This document shows, in pieces, positions 1-11,093 of a DNA stretch of 48,693 nt. The DNA lies in the NCBI RefSeq assembly GCF_040398645.1, contig NZ_JBBATR010000008.1:19919-68611 (forward strand), read 5' to 3'. Position numbers and translations under genes: made by a program. Within the stretch, counting starts at the first letter, position 1. Every line of letters begins with the position of its first letter. This DNA comes from Sandarakinorhabdus sp. Its GTDB lineage: Bacteria; Pseudomonadota; Alphaproteobacteria; Sphingomonadales; Sphingomonadaceae. Under the pieces are notes generated by a model that saw only the letters and a program-made list of their open reading frames with translations, searched no databases and was not told the origin of the DNA.

Positions 1-17
1 AGCGGGCTGAAATTTGC

Positions 18-1115
18 ATGACCAGTTTCGGCCTGCTTCCCGAGGGCTTGCGCGATCGGCTGCCGCCGCAGGCGCAGGCGCTTGCCAGCCTGGTGCGCAC
101 CCTCACCGCCGTGTGCGCCAGCCACGGCTATGAACGTGTGGCGCCGCCGCTGGCCGAATATGAAACCAGCCTGGCCAGCGGTGAAGGCCGCGAAAGGCTG
201 CGCTTTACCGATCCGGTCTCACAGCACACGCTGGCGCTGCGCAGTGACATGACCGGGCAGGTCGGCCGCATTGCCGTCACCCGGCTGGCGCAGGCCGCAC
301 GGCCGCTGCGGCTGATGTATGCCGGGCCGGTGCTGCGCGTGCGCGGCGATCAGCTCAGCCCCGAACGCGAACGCACCCAGGCCGGGGCCGAATTGATCGG
401 CAGCGACGGCAGCGCCGCCGTGGCCGAGGTGCTGGCCGTGGCGATCGAAGCGCTGGCCGCCACCGGCCTGCCCGGCCTGAGTGTCGATCTGACCATGCCG
501 TCGCTGGTCGCCGATCTTGCCGCCGCCGGCTGGCCGCTGGGTGATGCCAGCCTGGGCCAGGTGCAGGCGTGGCTGGACGGCAAGGATATCGGGGCGCTGC
601 GCCGCGCCAGGGCCGATGCCTTTGTGCCGTTGATCGCGGCAGCCGGGCCAGCGCCCGCTGCAATCTCGGCATTGAAATTGCTTGATCTTCCAGCAGCGGT
701 GGTCGCTCGGCTGGACGCGATTACGGCACTGGCGGCTGGCCTGCACGCGGTCAATGTCACGCTGGATCCCACCGAGCGCCACGGCTTTGAATATCAGACC
801 TGGCTGGGCTTTTCGCTGTTTGGTGCCGGGCTGATGGCCGAGGTGGGCCGCGGCGGCGCCTATCTGGTGGCGCATCCAGATGGCCGCAGCGAAACCGCGG
901 TGGGCTTTTCGCTGTATGTCGATGGCCTGGTTGATCTGGGCTTGGGCCAGGACCAGCCGCAGCGCCTGCTGCTGCCCGTCGGCACGCCGGTCAGTGATGG
1001 TGCGCAACTGCGCGCCGATGGCTGGATCACCGTGGCGGCGCTGTTGCCGGACGACAATGCCGCCGCGCTGCGCTGCAGCCATGTCTGGGACGGTCACGCT
1101 GTACAGCCGGCATGA
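18..1115 (+). CDS. hisZ: ATP phosphoribosyltransferase regulatory subunit (HisRS-like)
   Basis: N-terminal LLPEGLRDRLP, LALRSDMTGQVGRIA, RLMYAGPVLR, QAGAELIG, FEYQTWLGF, GRGGAY: the alphaproteobacterial HisZ pattern. 365 aa, with no full HisRS anticodon domain. Confidence 0.9.
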   Translation: MTSFGLLPEGLRDRLPPQAQALASLVRTLTAVCASHGYERVAPPLAEYETSLASGEGRERLRFTDPVSQHTLALRSDMTGQVGRIAVTRLAQAARPLRLMYAGPVLRVRGDQLSPERERTQAGAELIGSDGSAAVAEVLAVAIEALAATGLPGLSVDLTMPSLVADLAAAGWPLGDASLGQVQAWLDGKDIGALRRARADAFVPLIAAAGPAPAAISALKLLDLPAAVVARLDAITALAAGLHAVNVTLDPTERHGFEYQTWLGFSLFGAGLMAEVGRGGAYLVAHPDGRSETAVGFSLYVDGLVDLGLGQDQPQRLLLPVGTPVSDGAQLRADGWITVAALLPDDNAAALRCSHVWDGHAVQPA

Positions 1116-2011
1116 GCTGGACCCTGCAATTCTGGTGCAACCGCGCCGATGCCGAAGCCTTCCCCCGCCTGCCAGATATGGCCGATCTTTTTGACGATCC
1201 GCCCAGCCTGAACGTTGAGGAGCCTGATCCGGCGCAACCCGATGCCTGGCTGTTCACCGCCTATTTCAATACCCAACCGGATGCGGCTGCCGTCGCGCTG
1301 ATCACCGGCCTGTTCGCGTCGGCATCTGGCGTCACGGTCGCTGAATTGGCGGACGCCGATTGGACAACCATGTCGCAGCGCGGGCTGGAGCCCGTGCGCG
1401 CCGGGCGGTTTGTCGTGCACACCGCCAATCACCGCGATGCCGTTCGCCCCGGTGACTGGCCGCTGCAGATCGAGGCTGGATTGGCCTTTGGCACCGGCCA
1501 GCATGCCACCACCCACGGCTGCCTGGCGGCGATTGCCCGGCTTTCCAAGGCGCATCGTTACAGCAATATCGCTGATATCGGCACCGGCACCGGTGTGCTG
1601 GCCATGGCCGCCGTTCGTGCCAATCGCGCCGCGCGGGCCATCGCCAGCGACAATGATCCCATCGCCATCAGCGTCGCCGCCGAAAATCTGACGTTGAACC
1701 ATTTTGCCGCAGGTGCATGCGCTGGGCGCATTGCTCTGGCGGTCGCAGCGGGTGTGCACGCGCCATCGCTGCGCCAGCGCGCGCCTTATGATCTGGTGCT
1801 GGCCAATATATTGGCCTGGCCGCTGATCGCCCTGGCGCGCGATTTGAGCGCAGTGATCGCGCCGGGCGGGCATCTGGTGCTTGCCGGTCTGCTCGATAGC
1901 CAGCAGCGCGCAGTGGCCAACGCCTATCGCCGGCACGGGATGATCCCGGCCGGCGCGATGGACCGGCGGGGCGAATGGCCCTGCCTGGTGCTGGTGCGCA
2001 AAACGCACTGA
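1112..2011 (+). CDS. prmA: 50S ribosomal protein L11 methyltransferase
   Basis: GLAFGTGQHATT, SAM-binding DIGTGTGVL, DNDP, ANILAWPL, LAGLL. ATGA overlap with the hisZ stop. Confidence 0.92.
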   Translation: MSWTLQFWCNRADAEAFPRLPDMADLFDDPPSLNVEEPDPAQPDAWLFTAYFNTQPDAAAVALITGLFASASGVTVAELADADWTTMSQRGLEPVRAGRFVVHTANHRDAVRPGDWPLQIEAGLAFGTGQHATTHGCLAAIARLSKAHRYSNIADIGTGTGVLAMAAVRANRAARAIASDNDPIAISVAAENLTLNHFAAGACAGRIALAVAAGVHAPSLRQRAPYDLVLANILAWPLIALARDLSAVIAPGGHLVLAGLLDSQQRAVANAYRRHGMIPAGAMDRRGEWPCLVLVRKTH

Positions 2012-2029
2012 TTTTGTAAGGAAATCCCC

Positions 2030-2060
2030 CTGTTCCAGCGCCCTAAAGCGCGTGGAACAG
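2030..2060. terminator. Hairpin between convergent genes (possible terminator)
   Basis: CTGTTCCA-GCGC-cctaaa-GCGC-g-TGGAACAG inverted repeat just downstream of prmA, overlapping the end of the small minus-strand ORF. No clear U-tract. Confidence 0.35.
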
Positions 2061-2201
2061 ACGGGTGTCTACCGCTGCTGGAATCAAGCTCACACGGCGG
2101 CGACGCTTGATCATGCTGGGCAGGCTGCTGGTTGCAGGCTGGTTTTCACCGGCTGGCACAGCGCGCACCTGCGGCTCATATTCGGTCGGGATGACCTTCA
2201 T
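2043..2201 (-). CDS. Putative 52-aa small protein MKVIPTEYEPQVRAVPAGENQPATSSLPSMIKRRRRVSLIPAAVDTRLFHAL (below the ORF-track cut-off)
   Basis: ATG at 2201 preceded by AGGAG (2213-2209) at 7-nt spacing, TAG at 2045-2043. It fills the prmA-ligA gap and has upstream palindromic motifs. Confidence 0.5.
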   Translation of the reverse strand: MKVIPTEYEPQVRAVPAGENQPATSSLPSMIKRRRRVSLIPAAVDTRLFHAL

Positions 2202-2273
2202 GGCGATGCTCCTGTTGTTTCATCCAGGACCATTCCCGGCTGATGGAGCCTATTTATTCCGACTCAGTTTTTA

Positions 2274-2318
2274 TGTGCAGTGCAGCAATACCGACCACAG
2301 ACATGCGTTTTTTGCATG
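2274..2318. promoter_or_regulatory. Candidate operator region: CATGC-N7-GCATG (LysR-type T-N11-A box, 2302-2318) and TGTGCAGTGCAGCA (TGC-rich, PhaR-like, 2274-2287)
   Basis: Both motifs are read directly in the AT-richer stretch upstream of the small ORF. Assignment to regulator families is inference. Confidence 0.4.
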
Positions 2319-2330
2319 AAGATGTTCGGC

Positions 2331-4400
<2,070 letters not shown>

Positions 4401-4432
4401 TCAGGGGGATTGGGGTTATTGAAGGGGGCGGC

Positions 4433-4602
4433 CGGCGGCGGAGCCGCCGAGTCCGCTTTTGGGTGTTGAGGAAGGAAAGGAAGAGCGCGGCGAAGCCGCG
4501 ACGTCAGACGAGTCAAAGGAAGGCCGGCCTGTTGGGGCCGCCCTTCTTTGCTCGCTGGCCGATCTTGCCGGAGTCGGCGCGCAGGGTGCGCGCTCGCCCG
4601 GC
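4433..4602. repeat. Cluster of four GC-rich hairpins (REP-like/terminator) in the TBDR-ligA intergenic region
   Basis: CGGCGGC-GGA-GCCGCCG (4433-4449), CGCGGC-GAA-GCCGCG (4486-4500), an imperfect long stem at 4509-4554, and GCGCGCA-GGG-TGCGCGC (4577-4593). Confidence 0.5.
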
Positions 4603-4607
4603 TGCGA

Positions 4608-6881
4608 TTAGAACCTGAAACCCACCATCGCGTTAAAGGTGCGGGGATCGCCAAAATACACCGTCTGGATATTGCCGACCGAAGAAAACTCTTGGCCATC
4701 AGTGCGATACAGCGCCTCGAACAGGTTCTTCACGCCGCCCTGCACATACCAGCCGCCCTTCGCATCGAAGCGCACAAAGGCGTTGGCCAGCCAATAGCCC
4801 GGCTCGGTCAGGCCAGGGCGATTGTCCACCGACAGGAAATGCTTGTCCACAAACCGTGCGTCGCCGCCCAGCGTGATGGTGCCGGCTTCGCCAACCGGGA
4901 TGCGGTAATCGGTCGCAACCGTGAAAGTGATCGGCGGCGCAAACGGCGGCTGGCAGGTTACGCGCGCGCCGGTCGGGTTGCAGCTGAAGGTCGGCGCGCG
5001 TCGGCCATCGTTGAATTCGTCATAATTGGCATCAAGATAACCAAGGCTGGACCGGATGTTCCAAAACTTGGTTGGCTTGACGGTGGCTTCCAGTTCAACA
5101 CCCCAGATCGACAGCTTGCCGGCGTTCAGCACCGGGAACGACGCAACTGATCCGCCGCCAACACGCGCCTGGAAATCACGGAAATCGCTGTAAAATACCG
5201 TACCGGCCAAATAGATGCGGCCATCCATGAAGCTGGCTTTGGTGCCGCCTTCATAGGTCCACACGGTTTCCGGCCGGAAGCTGGTGACGAGCGTGGGCAC
5301 GCCGTTCACCGTCTGCGTCAGATCGGCAACGCCATTGGCGCGGCCATTGAAGCCGCCCGATTTGAAGCCGCGGCTGGCCGACACATAAATCTGGCTATTG
5401 GCACCCGGCTTCCAGGCCAAGGTCACACTGGGCGTCCAGGCGTCGAACTCGGCGGTGTTGTCCAGATTGAACGGCGCCGGCAAATTGCCCGGGAAGCGGA
5501 AGGCCAGGCCATTCAGGCCCGCAAAGCTGGAAACCGTGGTGGTGAACCGGTCATAGCTGCGTTCTTCGTGGGTGTAGCGCAGCCCGGTGGTCAGGCTGAG
5601 CGCATCGGTGAATTTGTAGCTGGCCTGACCAAAGGCGGCATAGCTTTTGGTGGTTTGATCATCGTTGATCAGCCGGGTGAACGGCAGGCCGAACAGATCA
5701 TCGGCATAGGCTTCCTGCCGCGACTTGATGTTTTCATTCAGATAAAACAGCCCGACCACACCGGAAAAGCGATTGCTGTCCCACTTCAGTTGCAGTTCCT
5801 GGCTAAACTGGCGTTGATCGATGCCCACGAACACATCGCCCAATTCGGCTTCGCTGGCATCGATATCGATGAACAGATCCGGGTCCAGCTTGCGCCACGC
5901 CGTGATGCTGGAAACGGTGAAGCTGTCCGACAGTGTCCAGTTGGCGGTCAGGCTGACACCCCAATGATCCAGCCGCTGACCTTCGTTGCCGCGGAAACTG
6001 GTGGAGGCGCGGTAATCATAATCGCCATAAGGGTTGGGCACGATGGGGCGAATGCCGCCAAGCTGCGCGGTCGGATAGCCCAGCGTGAGTGCGTTGCGCT
6101 GGCGGTTGTAATCGCCGGACAGGAGCAGTTCCAGGCTGTCCACCGGCTTGGCGCGCAGGATCCCGCGCACCGTCACCGAATCGCGGTCATTATATTCGCG
6201 CCCGGTGCGCGGATCGGTGACCAGGCCATCACGCTTGTCATATTGTGCTGCCAGCGACAGTGCCATGCGGTCCGCGATGAGCGGTGCCGTGGCATAGCCG
6301 TTGAGCAGCAATTGATTGAAGCTGCCATACAGCGCCGAAGCTTCGACCCGGGCCGTGGTGTAATCCGGCTTGCGCGACACGATCGAAATCGCTCCGCCCG
6401 TGGTGTTCTTGCCATACAGCGTGCCTTGCGGGCCGCGCAGCACTTCGATGCGCTGCACATCGGCCAAGCCGAGCAGCGCGCCCTGAATGCGACTGAAATA
6501 GACGCCATCGACATAGATGCCGACAGCCGGATCAAAGGTTTGCAACGCATCGGGCTGACCAAGGCCGCGGATGAAGATGTTGGCGCTGGCTGCCGAACCG
6601 CGGCCCTGCACCAGATTCAGGTTTGGTGCGATGCCTTGCAGCGCCGACAGATCAACGGCTTGCAGCCGTGCCAGATCGGCCTGGCTGAAGGCGGTGACGG
6701 CCACGGGCACATCAATCAGGCGCTCATCGCGGCGGCGGGCGGACACGACGATTTCGGCCGTGCTGTCGCTTGCTGCAGCAGCGGCGGCTGTTTCAGGCGT
6801 CTGTTGGGCAGCAGCCGGCAAGGCAGCGATCAAGCTGACCGTGGCGAGCAGCAGGCGGCGTGAATGAGCGTGGAAGGTCAT
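4608..6881 (-). CDS. TonB-dependent outer membrane receptor
   Basis: Signal peptide, TonB box EIVVSA, plug motif RIEVLRGPQGTLYGKNTTGGAI, C-terminal aromatic ...GFRF. Start moved to ATG 6881, which follows a GGGGAG RBS. Confidence 0.95.
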   Translation of the reverse strand: MTFHAHSRRLLLATVSLIAALPAAAQQTPETAAAAAASDSTAEIVVSARRRDERLIDVPVAVTAFSQADLARLQAVDLSALQGIAPNLNLVQGRGSAASANIFIRGLGQPDALQTFDPAVGIYVDGVYFSRIQGALLGLADVQRIEVLRGPQGTLYGKNTTGGAISIVSRKPDYTTARVEASALYGSFNQLLLNGYATAPLIADRMALSLAAQYDKRDGLVTDPRTGREYNDRDSVTVRGILRAKPVDSLELLLSGDYNRQRNALTLGYPTAQLGGIRPIVPNPYGDYDYRASTSFRGNEGQRLDHWGVSLTANWTLSDSFTVSSITAWRKLDPDLFIDIDASEAELGDVFVGIDQRQFSQELQLKWDSNRFSGVVGLFYLNENIKSRQEAYADDLFGLPFTRLINDDQTTKSYAAFGQASYKFTDALSLTTGLRYTHEERSYDRFTTTVSSFAGLNGLAFRFPGNLPAPFNLDNTAEFDAWTPSVTLAWKPGANSQIYVSASRGFKSGGFNGRANGVADLTQTVNGVPTLVTSFRPETVWTYEGGTKASFMDGRIYLAGTVFYSDFRDFQARVGGGSVASFPVLNAGKLSIWGVELEATVKPTKFWNIRSSLGYLDANYDEFNDGRRAPTFSCNPTGARVTCQPPFAPPITFTVATDYRIPVGEAGTITLGGDARFVDKHFLSVDNRPGLTEPGYWLANAFVRFDAKGGWYVQGGVKNLFEALYRTDGQEFSSVGNIQTVYFGDPRTFNAMVGFRF

Positions 6882-6953
6882 CTGGTCTTCTCCCCGGCAG
6901 GGCCTGACGGCCGCGCAGATTGCAGGGGCCGCCGGTCTTGTGAATGCTTGAGG

Positions 6954-6985
6954 AGTATAATACTGAAACATGAACCACTATTCAA
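6954..6985 (-). promoter_or_regulatory. Putative sigma70 promoter of the TBDR (TTGAAT-N17-TATTAT) overlapped by the palindrome TGAA-N6-TTCA (candidate TetR operator, 6971-6984)
   Basis: On the minus strand, -35 is the reverse of 6980-6985 and -10 is the reverse of 6957-6962, with a 17-nt spacer. A second palindrome AGTAT-A-ATACT lies at 6954-6964. Confidence 0.45.
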
Positions 6986-7044
6986 CTACGGGCTGCGCCA
7001 ACTCACCTGCTTCCGGCCTGGTGAAAAGGGATTAAGGGCAAATA

Positions 7045-7695
7045 GTGACTGTTTCGCCACACCCCCACAGCACTGGCACTGGCACCGACAGCGGGCCCAG
7101 CGCCAGCACCGACAAGCGCCCGCGCACCAAGCGCGGCGAACGCACCTTGCGGCTGCTGCTGGATGCTGCTGCCGAGGAATTTGGCGTGCGCGGCTATTAT
7201 GATGGCAGCATTGCCCGCATCGCCCAGCGTGCCGGCGTGGCCATCGGAAGTTTCTACACCTATTTCGACAGCAAGGAGGCGGTGTTTCGCGCGTTGGTCG
7301 CCGATATGAGCCGACAGGTGCGCGAGCATGTCGTGCCGCATATCCTGGCAGCGCCTGACCGATTGAGCGGCGAACGCGCCGGCATGGCGGCCTATCTGCA
7401 ATTCGTGCGCACCCACAAGGCGCTATACCGAATAATCGATGAAAGCGCCTTTGTGGCCGAAGATGCCTATCGCCGCCATTATGTCGATGTTGCCCAAAGC
7501 TATGCCAGCAGCCTAGCCCAAGCCTTCGGACGCGGTGAGATCGCCGATGGCGATTGGCACGTGCGGGCATGGGCGATCATGGGCATGAATGTGTTTTTGG
7601 GGCTGAAGTTCGGCGTTTGGGATGACGGCCAACCGGTCGATGAGATTGCCGCTGCCGCCCATGACCTGATCGCCAACGGCTTGGCACCGCGCTGA
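7045..7695 (+). CDS. TetR/AcrR family transcriptional regulator
   Basis: N-terminal HTH: LLDAAAEEFGVRGY...SIARIAQRAGVAIGSFYTYFDSKE. Divergent from the TBDR. Confidence 0.92.
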   Translation: MTVSPHPHSTGTGTDSGPSASTDKRPRTKRGERTLRLLLDAAAEEFGVRGYYDGSIARIAQRAGVAIGSFYTYFDSKEAVFRALVADMSRQVREHVVPHILAAPDRLSGERAGMAAYLQFVRTHKALYRIIDESAFVAEDAYRRHYVDVAQSYASSLAQAFGRGEIADGDWHVRAWAIMGMNVFLGLKFGVWDDGQPVDEIAAAAHDLIANGLAPR

Positions 7696-7707
7696 CCCAA
7701 CCAGAAT

Positions 7708-8133
7708 TTACGGCGTCGGCGCCCGGTTGCGCCACGGCCAGTTGGTGATGCCGCCCGCCCACAGCGCCAGCCACACCAGCACCGGCTGGGCTACCAGTCG
7801 CGGGCCATGATAGCCCCAGCCAAGCACCTGGCCTGACAACTCAATGCTTTCTACCGCGTGTTTGATATTGGCTGGAAACACGCAGACCGCATAGGCCGCC
7901 AGCCCCCACGCGGCGGCGCGGCGCAGGCGCGGGATCATCAACCCGATCGCACCGGAAATTTCCGCCGCGCCGGTCGCCAGCACAACTTCACGCGGATAGG
8001 GCACCCAATCGGGCATGATCGGCAAAAATCCTTGCGGGCTGCGCAAATGCACATAACCAACAAACGCATAGGCCAACGCCAGCAGCAGCCGCGCCAGTTG
8101 GCGGGGCCAACTGTTGCCGGCGGGCGCTGTCAT
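7708..8133 (-). CDS. DoxX-family membrane protein
   Basis: 141 aa with about 4 hydrophobic segments. Motifs GYVH...F..IMPDWVP, TGAAEI.GAIGL, VFPANI, RL..QP. Confidence 0.75.
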   Translation of the reverse strand: MTAPAGNSWPRQLARLLLALAYAFVGYVHLRSPQGFLPIMPDWVPYPREVVLATGAAEISGAIGLMIPRLRRAAAWGLAAYAVCVFPANIKHAVESIELSGQVLGWGYHGPRLVAQPVLVWLALWAGGITNWPWRNRAPTP

Positions 8134-9425
8134 CGCCCATCAGCGTCGGCCATCAGCGCGGCGGCAAGATCATTGTCGCGGCTGAGCCGCCGATCGGCCA
8201 TGGTTTGCAGCATCAGCACCACCGCAAACTGCCGAACCTGATCGACCATGAACAAGGTGCCGGCAGCGCCGCCCCAGCCGTATGCCTCGGCCGGGCTGCC
8301 GGCTTTTGGCCCGGTTGCGCGCGTATCGAACAGCGTCACGCGCCCACCGGCGCCAAAGCCGTTGCGGGCTTCGAAGAACACGCCTTGCGGCATCAGATTG
8401 CTGGTGGCCAGCCGGGCGGTGCCGCGCGGCAGGATGGTCTTACCGCCATATTCGCCATTGTTAAGCAGCATCTGGCCAAAGCGGGCATAATCGCGCGCCG
8501 ATCCGACCATGCCGCCGCCGCCGGACAGCAGGCGCGGCCGCGTGGTGAAGCCGTCCTTTTCCAGCACGGAAACCGGGATTGGATTGGTGAGCGGCGTGGT
8601 GGTGCCGGGGGCCGTCCAAAGATAATTGGCTGCCAGCCGGGCCGGGTCCTTCGCCCAGAAGCCGGTGTCGCGCATGCCGAGCGGGCCGAGCAATTGCTGT
8701 TCGAATACCTTGTCGAGCGTCAGGCCGGTCAGCCGTTCCAGCAGCGCGCCCGCCACATCGAGGCTGACGGAGTATTTCCACGCCGTGCCGGGATCGAGCG
8801 CCAGCGGCAGGCCAGCCAGCGAAGCGGCCATCACCTGCAAATCAGGCAAGGCGCCTTCACCGGGCTGCAGGAACGCCGGCACGCTGCCGGGCTGGATGCC
8901 CAGCCGCTTGTATTCCTGTTCCAGCGGGCCATTGCCGTTGATGCCGTATGAAAAGCCAGCGGTGTGCGTCAGCAGATGGCGCACGGTGATCGGCCGGGCA
9001 GCCTCCCGCGATTCCAGGCCCTTCGCGGGATCAACCAGCACGCGCATGGCCTTAAATTCCGGCAATACATCGGAAATCGGCTGATCCAGCCGCAATTCAC
9101 CAGTGGCAACGCGCTGCATGATCGCCATGCCGGTGATCGGCTTGCTCATCGAATAAATGCGCCACAGCGTGTCTGGCGTCACCTTGGTGCTGCCGCCGAA
9201 TGCCGTCACCCCGGCGGTAACAAACACGGGCGTCTGGCTGCCGGGCTCGACCAGCGCAACCACTGCGCCCGGCACACTGCCAGCCGTCACATAATTCTCG
9301 ATCAGCGCCTGCACAGCATCATGGCGCAGCGCTACGGGCCGGCGCATCGGCAATTGCGCCGCTGCCGGGCCAGCCGCGGCAAGTGCAATGGCCGAGAGCA
9401 ATTTGCGGCGATCAATGGTCAACAT
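8130..9425 (-). CDS. Serine hydrolase of the beta-lactamase/esterase family VIII, Tat-exported
   Basis: Twin-arginine leader DRRKLL, catalytic SxxK (YSMSK), LLTHTAG, WKYS, SGGGGM, WGGAAGT. Confidence 0.88.
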   Translation of the reverse strand: MLTIDRRKLLSAIALAAAGPAAAQLPMRRPVALRHDAVQALIENYVTAGSVPGAVVALVEPGSQTPVFVTAGVTAFGGSTKVTPDTLWRIYSMSKPITGMAIMQRVATGELRLDQPISDVLPEFKAMRVLVDPAKGLESREAARPITVRHLLTHTAGFSYGINGNGPLEQEYKRLGIQPGSVPAFLQPGEGALPDLQVMAASLAGLPLALDPGTAWKYSVSLDVAGALLERLTGLTLDKVFEQQLLGPLGMRDTGFWAKDPARLAANYLWTAPGTTTPLTNPIPVSVLEKDGFTTRPRLLSGGGGMVGSARDYARFGQMLLNNGEYGGKTILPRGTARLATSNLMPQGVFFEARNGFGAGGRVTLFDTRATGPKAGSPAEAYGWGGAAGTLFMVDQVRQFAVVLMLQTMADRRLSRDNDLAAALMADADGR

Positions 9426-9428
9426 CGG

Positions 9429-11093
9429 TCAATATCCTTGCAGCAGCCGGGCAGCTTGCGCCCTAGCCTCTTGTGTTACATCCGCGCCCGACAACATGCG
9501 CGCAATTTCTTCCTGCCGTTCGGTGCCATTCAGCGGCACCAGCCGGGTGCGCGTGATGCCGCCGGCACTGGCCTTTTCGATGCGCCACTGGCTGTCACCG
9601 CGCGCCGCCACTTGCGGGCTGTGCGTCACCACCAGCACCTGCGCCTGGCGGGCCAGATGGGCCAGCCTGTCCCCGATCGCTGACGCCACCGCGCCGCCAA
9701 CCCCGCGATCAATTTCGTCAAAAATCATAGTGCCCGCGCTCCCCGCACTGGCCAATGCCACCTTCAGCGCCAGGATAAACCGCGACAGTTCACCGCCGCT
9801 GGCAATTTTGATGAGCGGCGCAAAATCCGCGCCGGGATTGGTGGCAATCTCATATTCCGCGCGCTCTTGGCCGTCTGGCCCCCAATCTGTGTCCGGCAGC
9901 GGCGTAATCCGGGTGCGGAACCGTGCAGCATCCAGCTTCAGCGGCTTCAATTCGGCAGCAACAGCAGCGTCCAGCCCGGCTGCCGCCGCCAGCCGCGCCG
10001 CACTCAAGGCCTCAGCCGAACGCTTATAAGCGCCCTGCGCTTTGGTGGCAGCACCGTCCAGCCCGGCCAGGGCATCTTCGCCGGCCACCAGCGCAGCGGC
10101 GCGCTGCTGCATAGTTTGCGCCAGCGCCGGCAACGCATCGGCGGCCACCTTGTGCTTGCGGGCGGCAGCGCGCAGTTCGAACAGCCGGGTTTCCACCTCT
10201 TCCAGCCGAGCCGGATCGGCGCCCAGCGCCTGGGTTGCATCTGCCAACTGGGTTTCGGCCTCCCCGACTTCGACCAGCGCCCGGTCCAGCGCGGCCAGAG
10301 CGGCGGCCAGCAGCGGATGTTCACCAGCCATGCGGTCGATACGGCGGGCAGCAGTGGCCAAAGCCGCATCGCCGGCGCTCAACTGCCCCGCGGCAGCGGC
10401 CAGATCATCGGCCAATCGCACGCCCTTTTGCATCTCGGCACGGGCCAGCGCCAGTTCGGCTTCTTCACCCGGCTGCGCCGCCAGCGCGGTCAACTCAGCC
10501 ACGGCATGCTCCAGCCATTCGCGGTCGCGCTGGTCGGCAGCCAGGCGGTCCCGCGCGACGCTGGCGGCGGCACGGGCCGCACGCCACGCATCCCAGGCGC
10601 TGCGCGTGGCAGCCAACGCGCCTGCATGGCCGCCGAAATTGTCCAGCAAGGTGCGGTGGCCGCGCGCGCTCAGCAAGCCGCGTTCGTCGTGCTGGCCGTG
10701 GATTTCGACCAGCAAGCTACCCAGTTCCTTGAGCAAGCTTGCCGACACCGGCTGATCATTGACAAACGCGCGGCTGCCGCCATCGGCCTTGAGCTGCCGG
10801 CGCAGGATGATCGCGCCGCTGCCATCACTGTCGCTCTCCAGGCCATTTTCGGCCAGCAGCGCCCGCGCCGCATGATCGGCCGGCACATCAAATTCCGCCA
10901 CCACCCGCGCCGCATCACAGCCGGCGCGAACCAGCCCAGCGTCGGCGCGATTGCCCAGCACCAATCCCAGCGCATCGAGCAGGATGGATTTGCCGGCGCC
11001 GGTTTCCCCGGTCAGCACAGCAAGGCCCGCTGCCACTTCGATGGCCAAGGCCTCGATCAGCACGACATTCTGGATGGCAAGCGCAGTCAGCAC
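9429..11093 (-). CDS. recN: DNA repair protein RecN
   Basis: Walker A GETGAGKS, EIHGQH, coiled coil, signature ASGGELSR, Walker B IFDEID, VTHSPQ. Confidence 0.97.
   Translation of the reverse strand: MLTALAIQNVVLIEALAIEVAAGLAVLTGETGAGKSILLDALGLVLGNRADAGLVRAGCDAARVVAEFDVPADHAARALLAENGLESDSDGSGAIILRRQLKADGGSRAFVNDQPVSASLLKELGSLLVEIHGQHDERGLLSARGHRTLLDNFGGHAGALAATRSAWDAWRAARAAASVARDRLAADQRDREWLEHAVAELTALAAQPGEEAELALARAEMQKGVRLADDLAAAAGQLSAGDAALATAARRIDRMAGEHPLLAAALAALDRALVEVGEAETQLADATQALGADPARLEEVETRLFELRAAARKHKVAADALPALAQTMQQRAAALVAGEDALAGLDGAATKAQGAYKRSAEALSAARLAAAAGLDAAVAAELKPLKLDAARFRTRITPLPDTDWGPDGQERAEYEIATNPGADFAPLIKIASGGELSRFILALKVALASAGSAGTMIFDEIDRGVGGAVASAIGDRLAHLARQAQVLVVTHSPQVAARGDSQWRIEKASAGGITRTRLVPLNGTERQEEIARMLSGADVTQEARAQAARLLQGY

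Noticed and set aside
8130-9425. Antibiotic-resistance beta-lactamase
   Set aside because: It has SxxK but lacks the class C YxN and KTG motifs (YSV and WGG instead), which is typical of family VIII esterase-like hydrolases.
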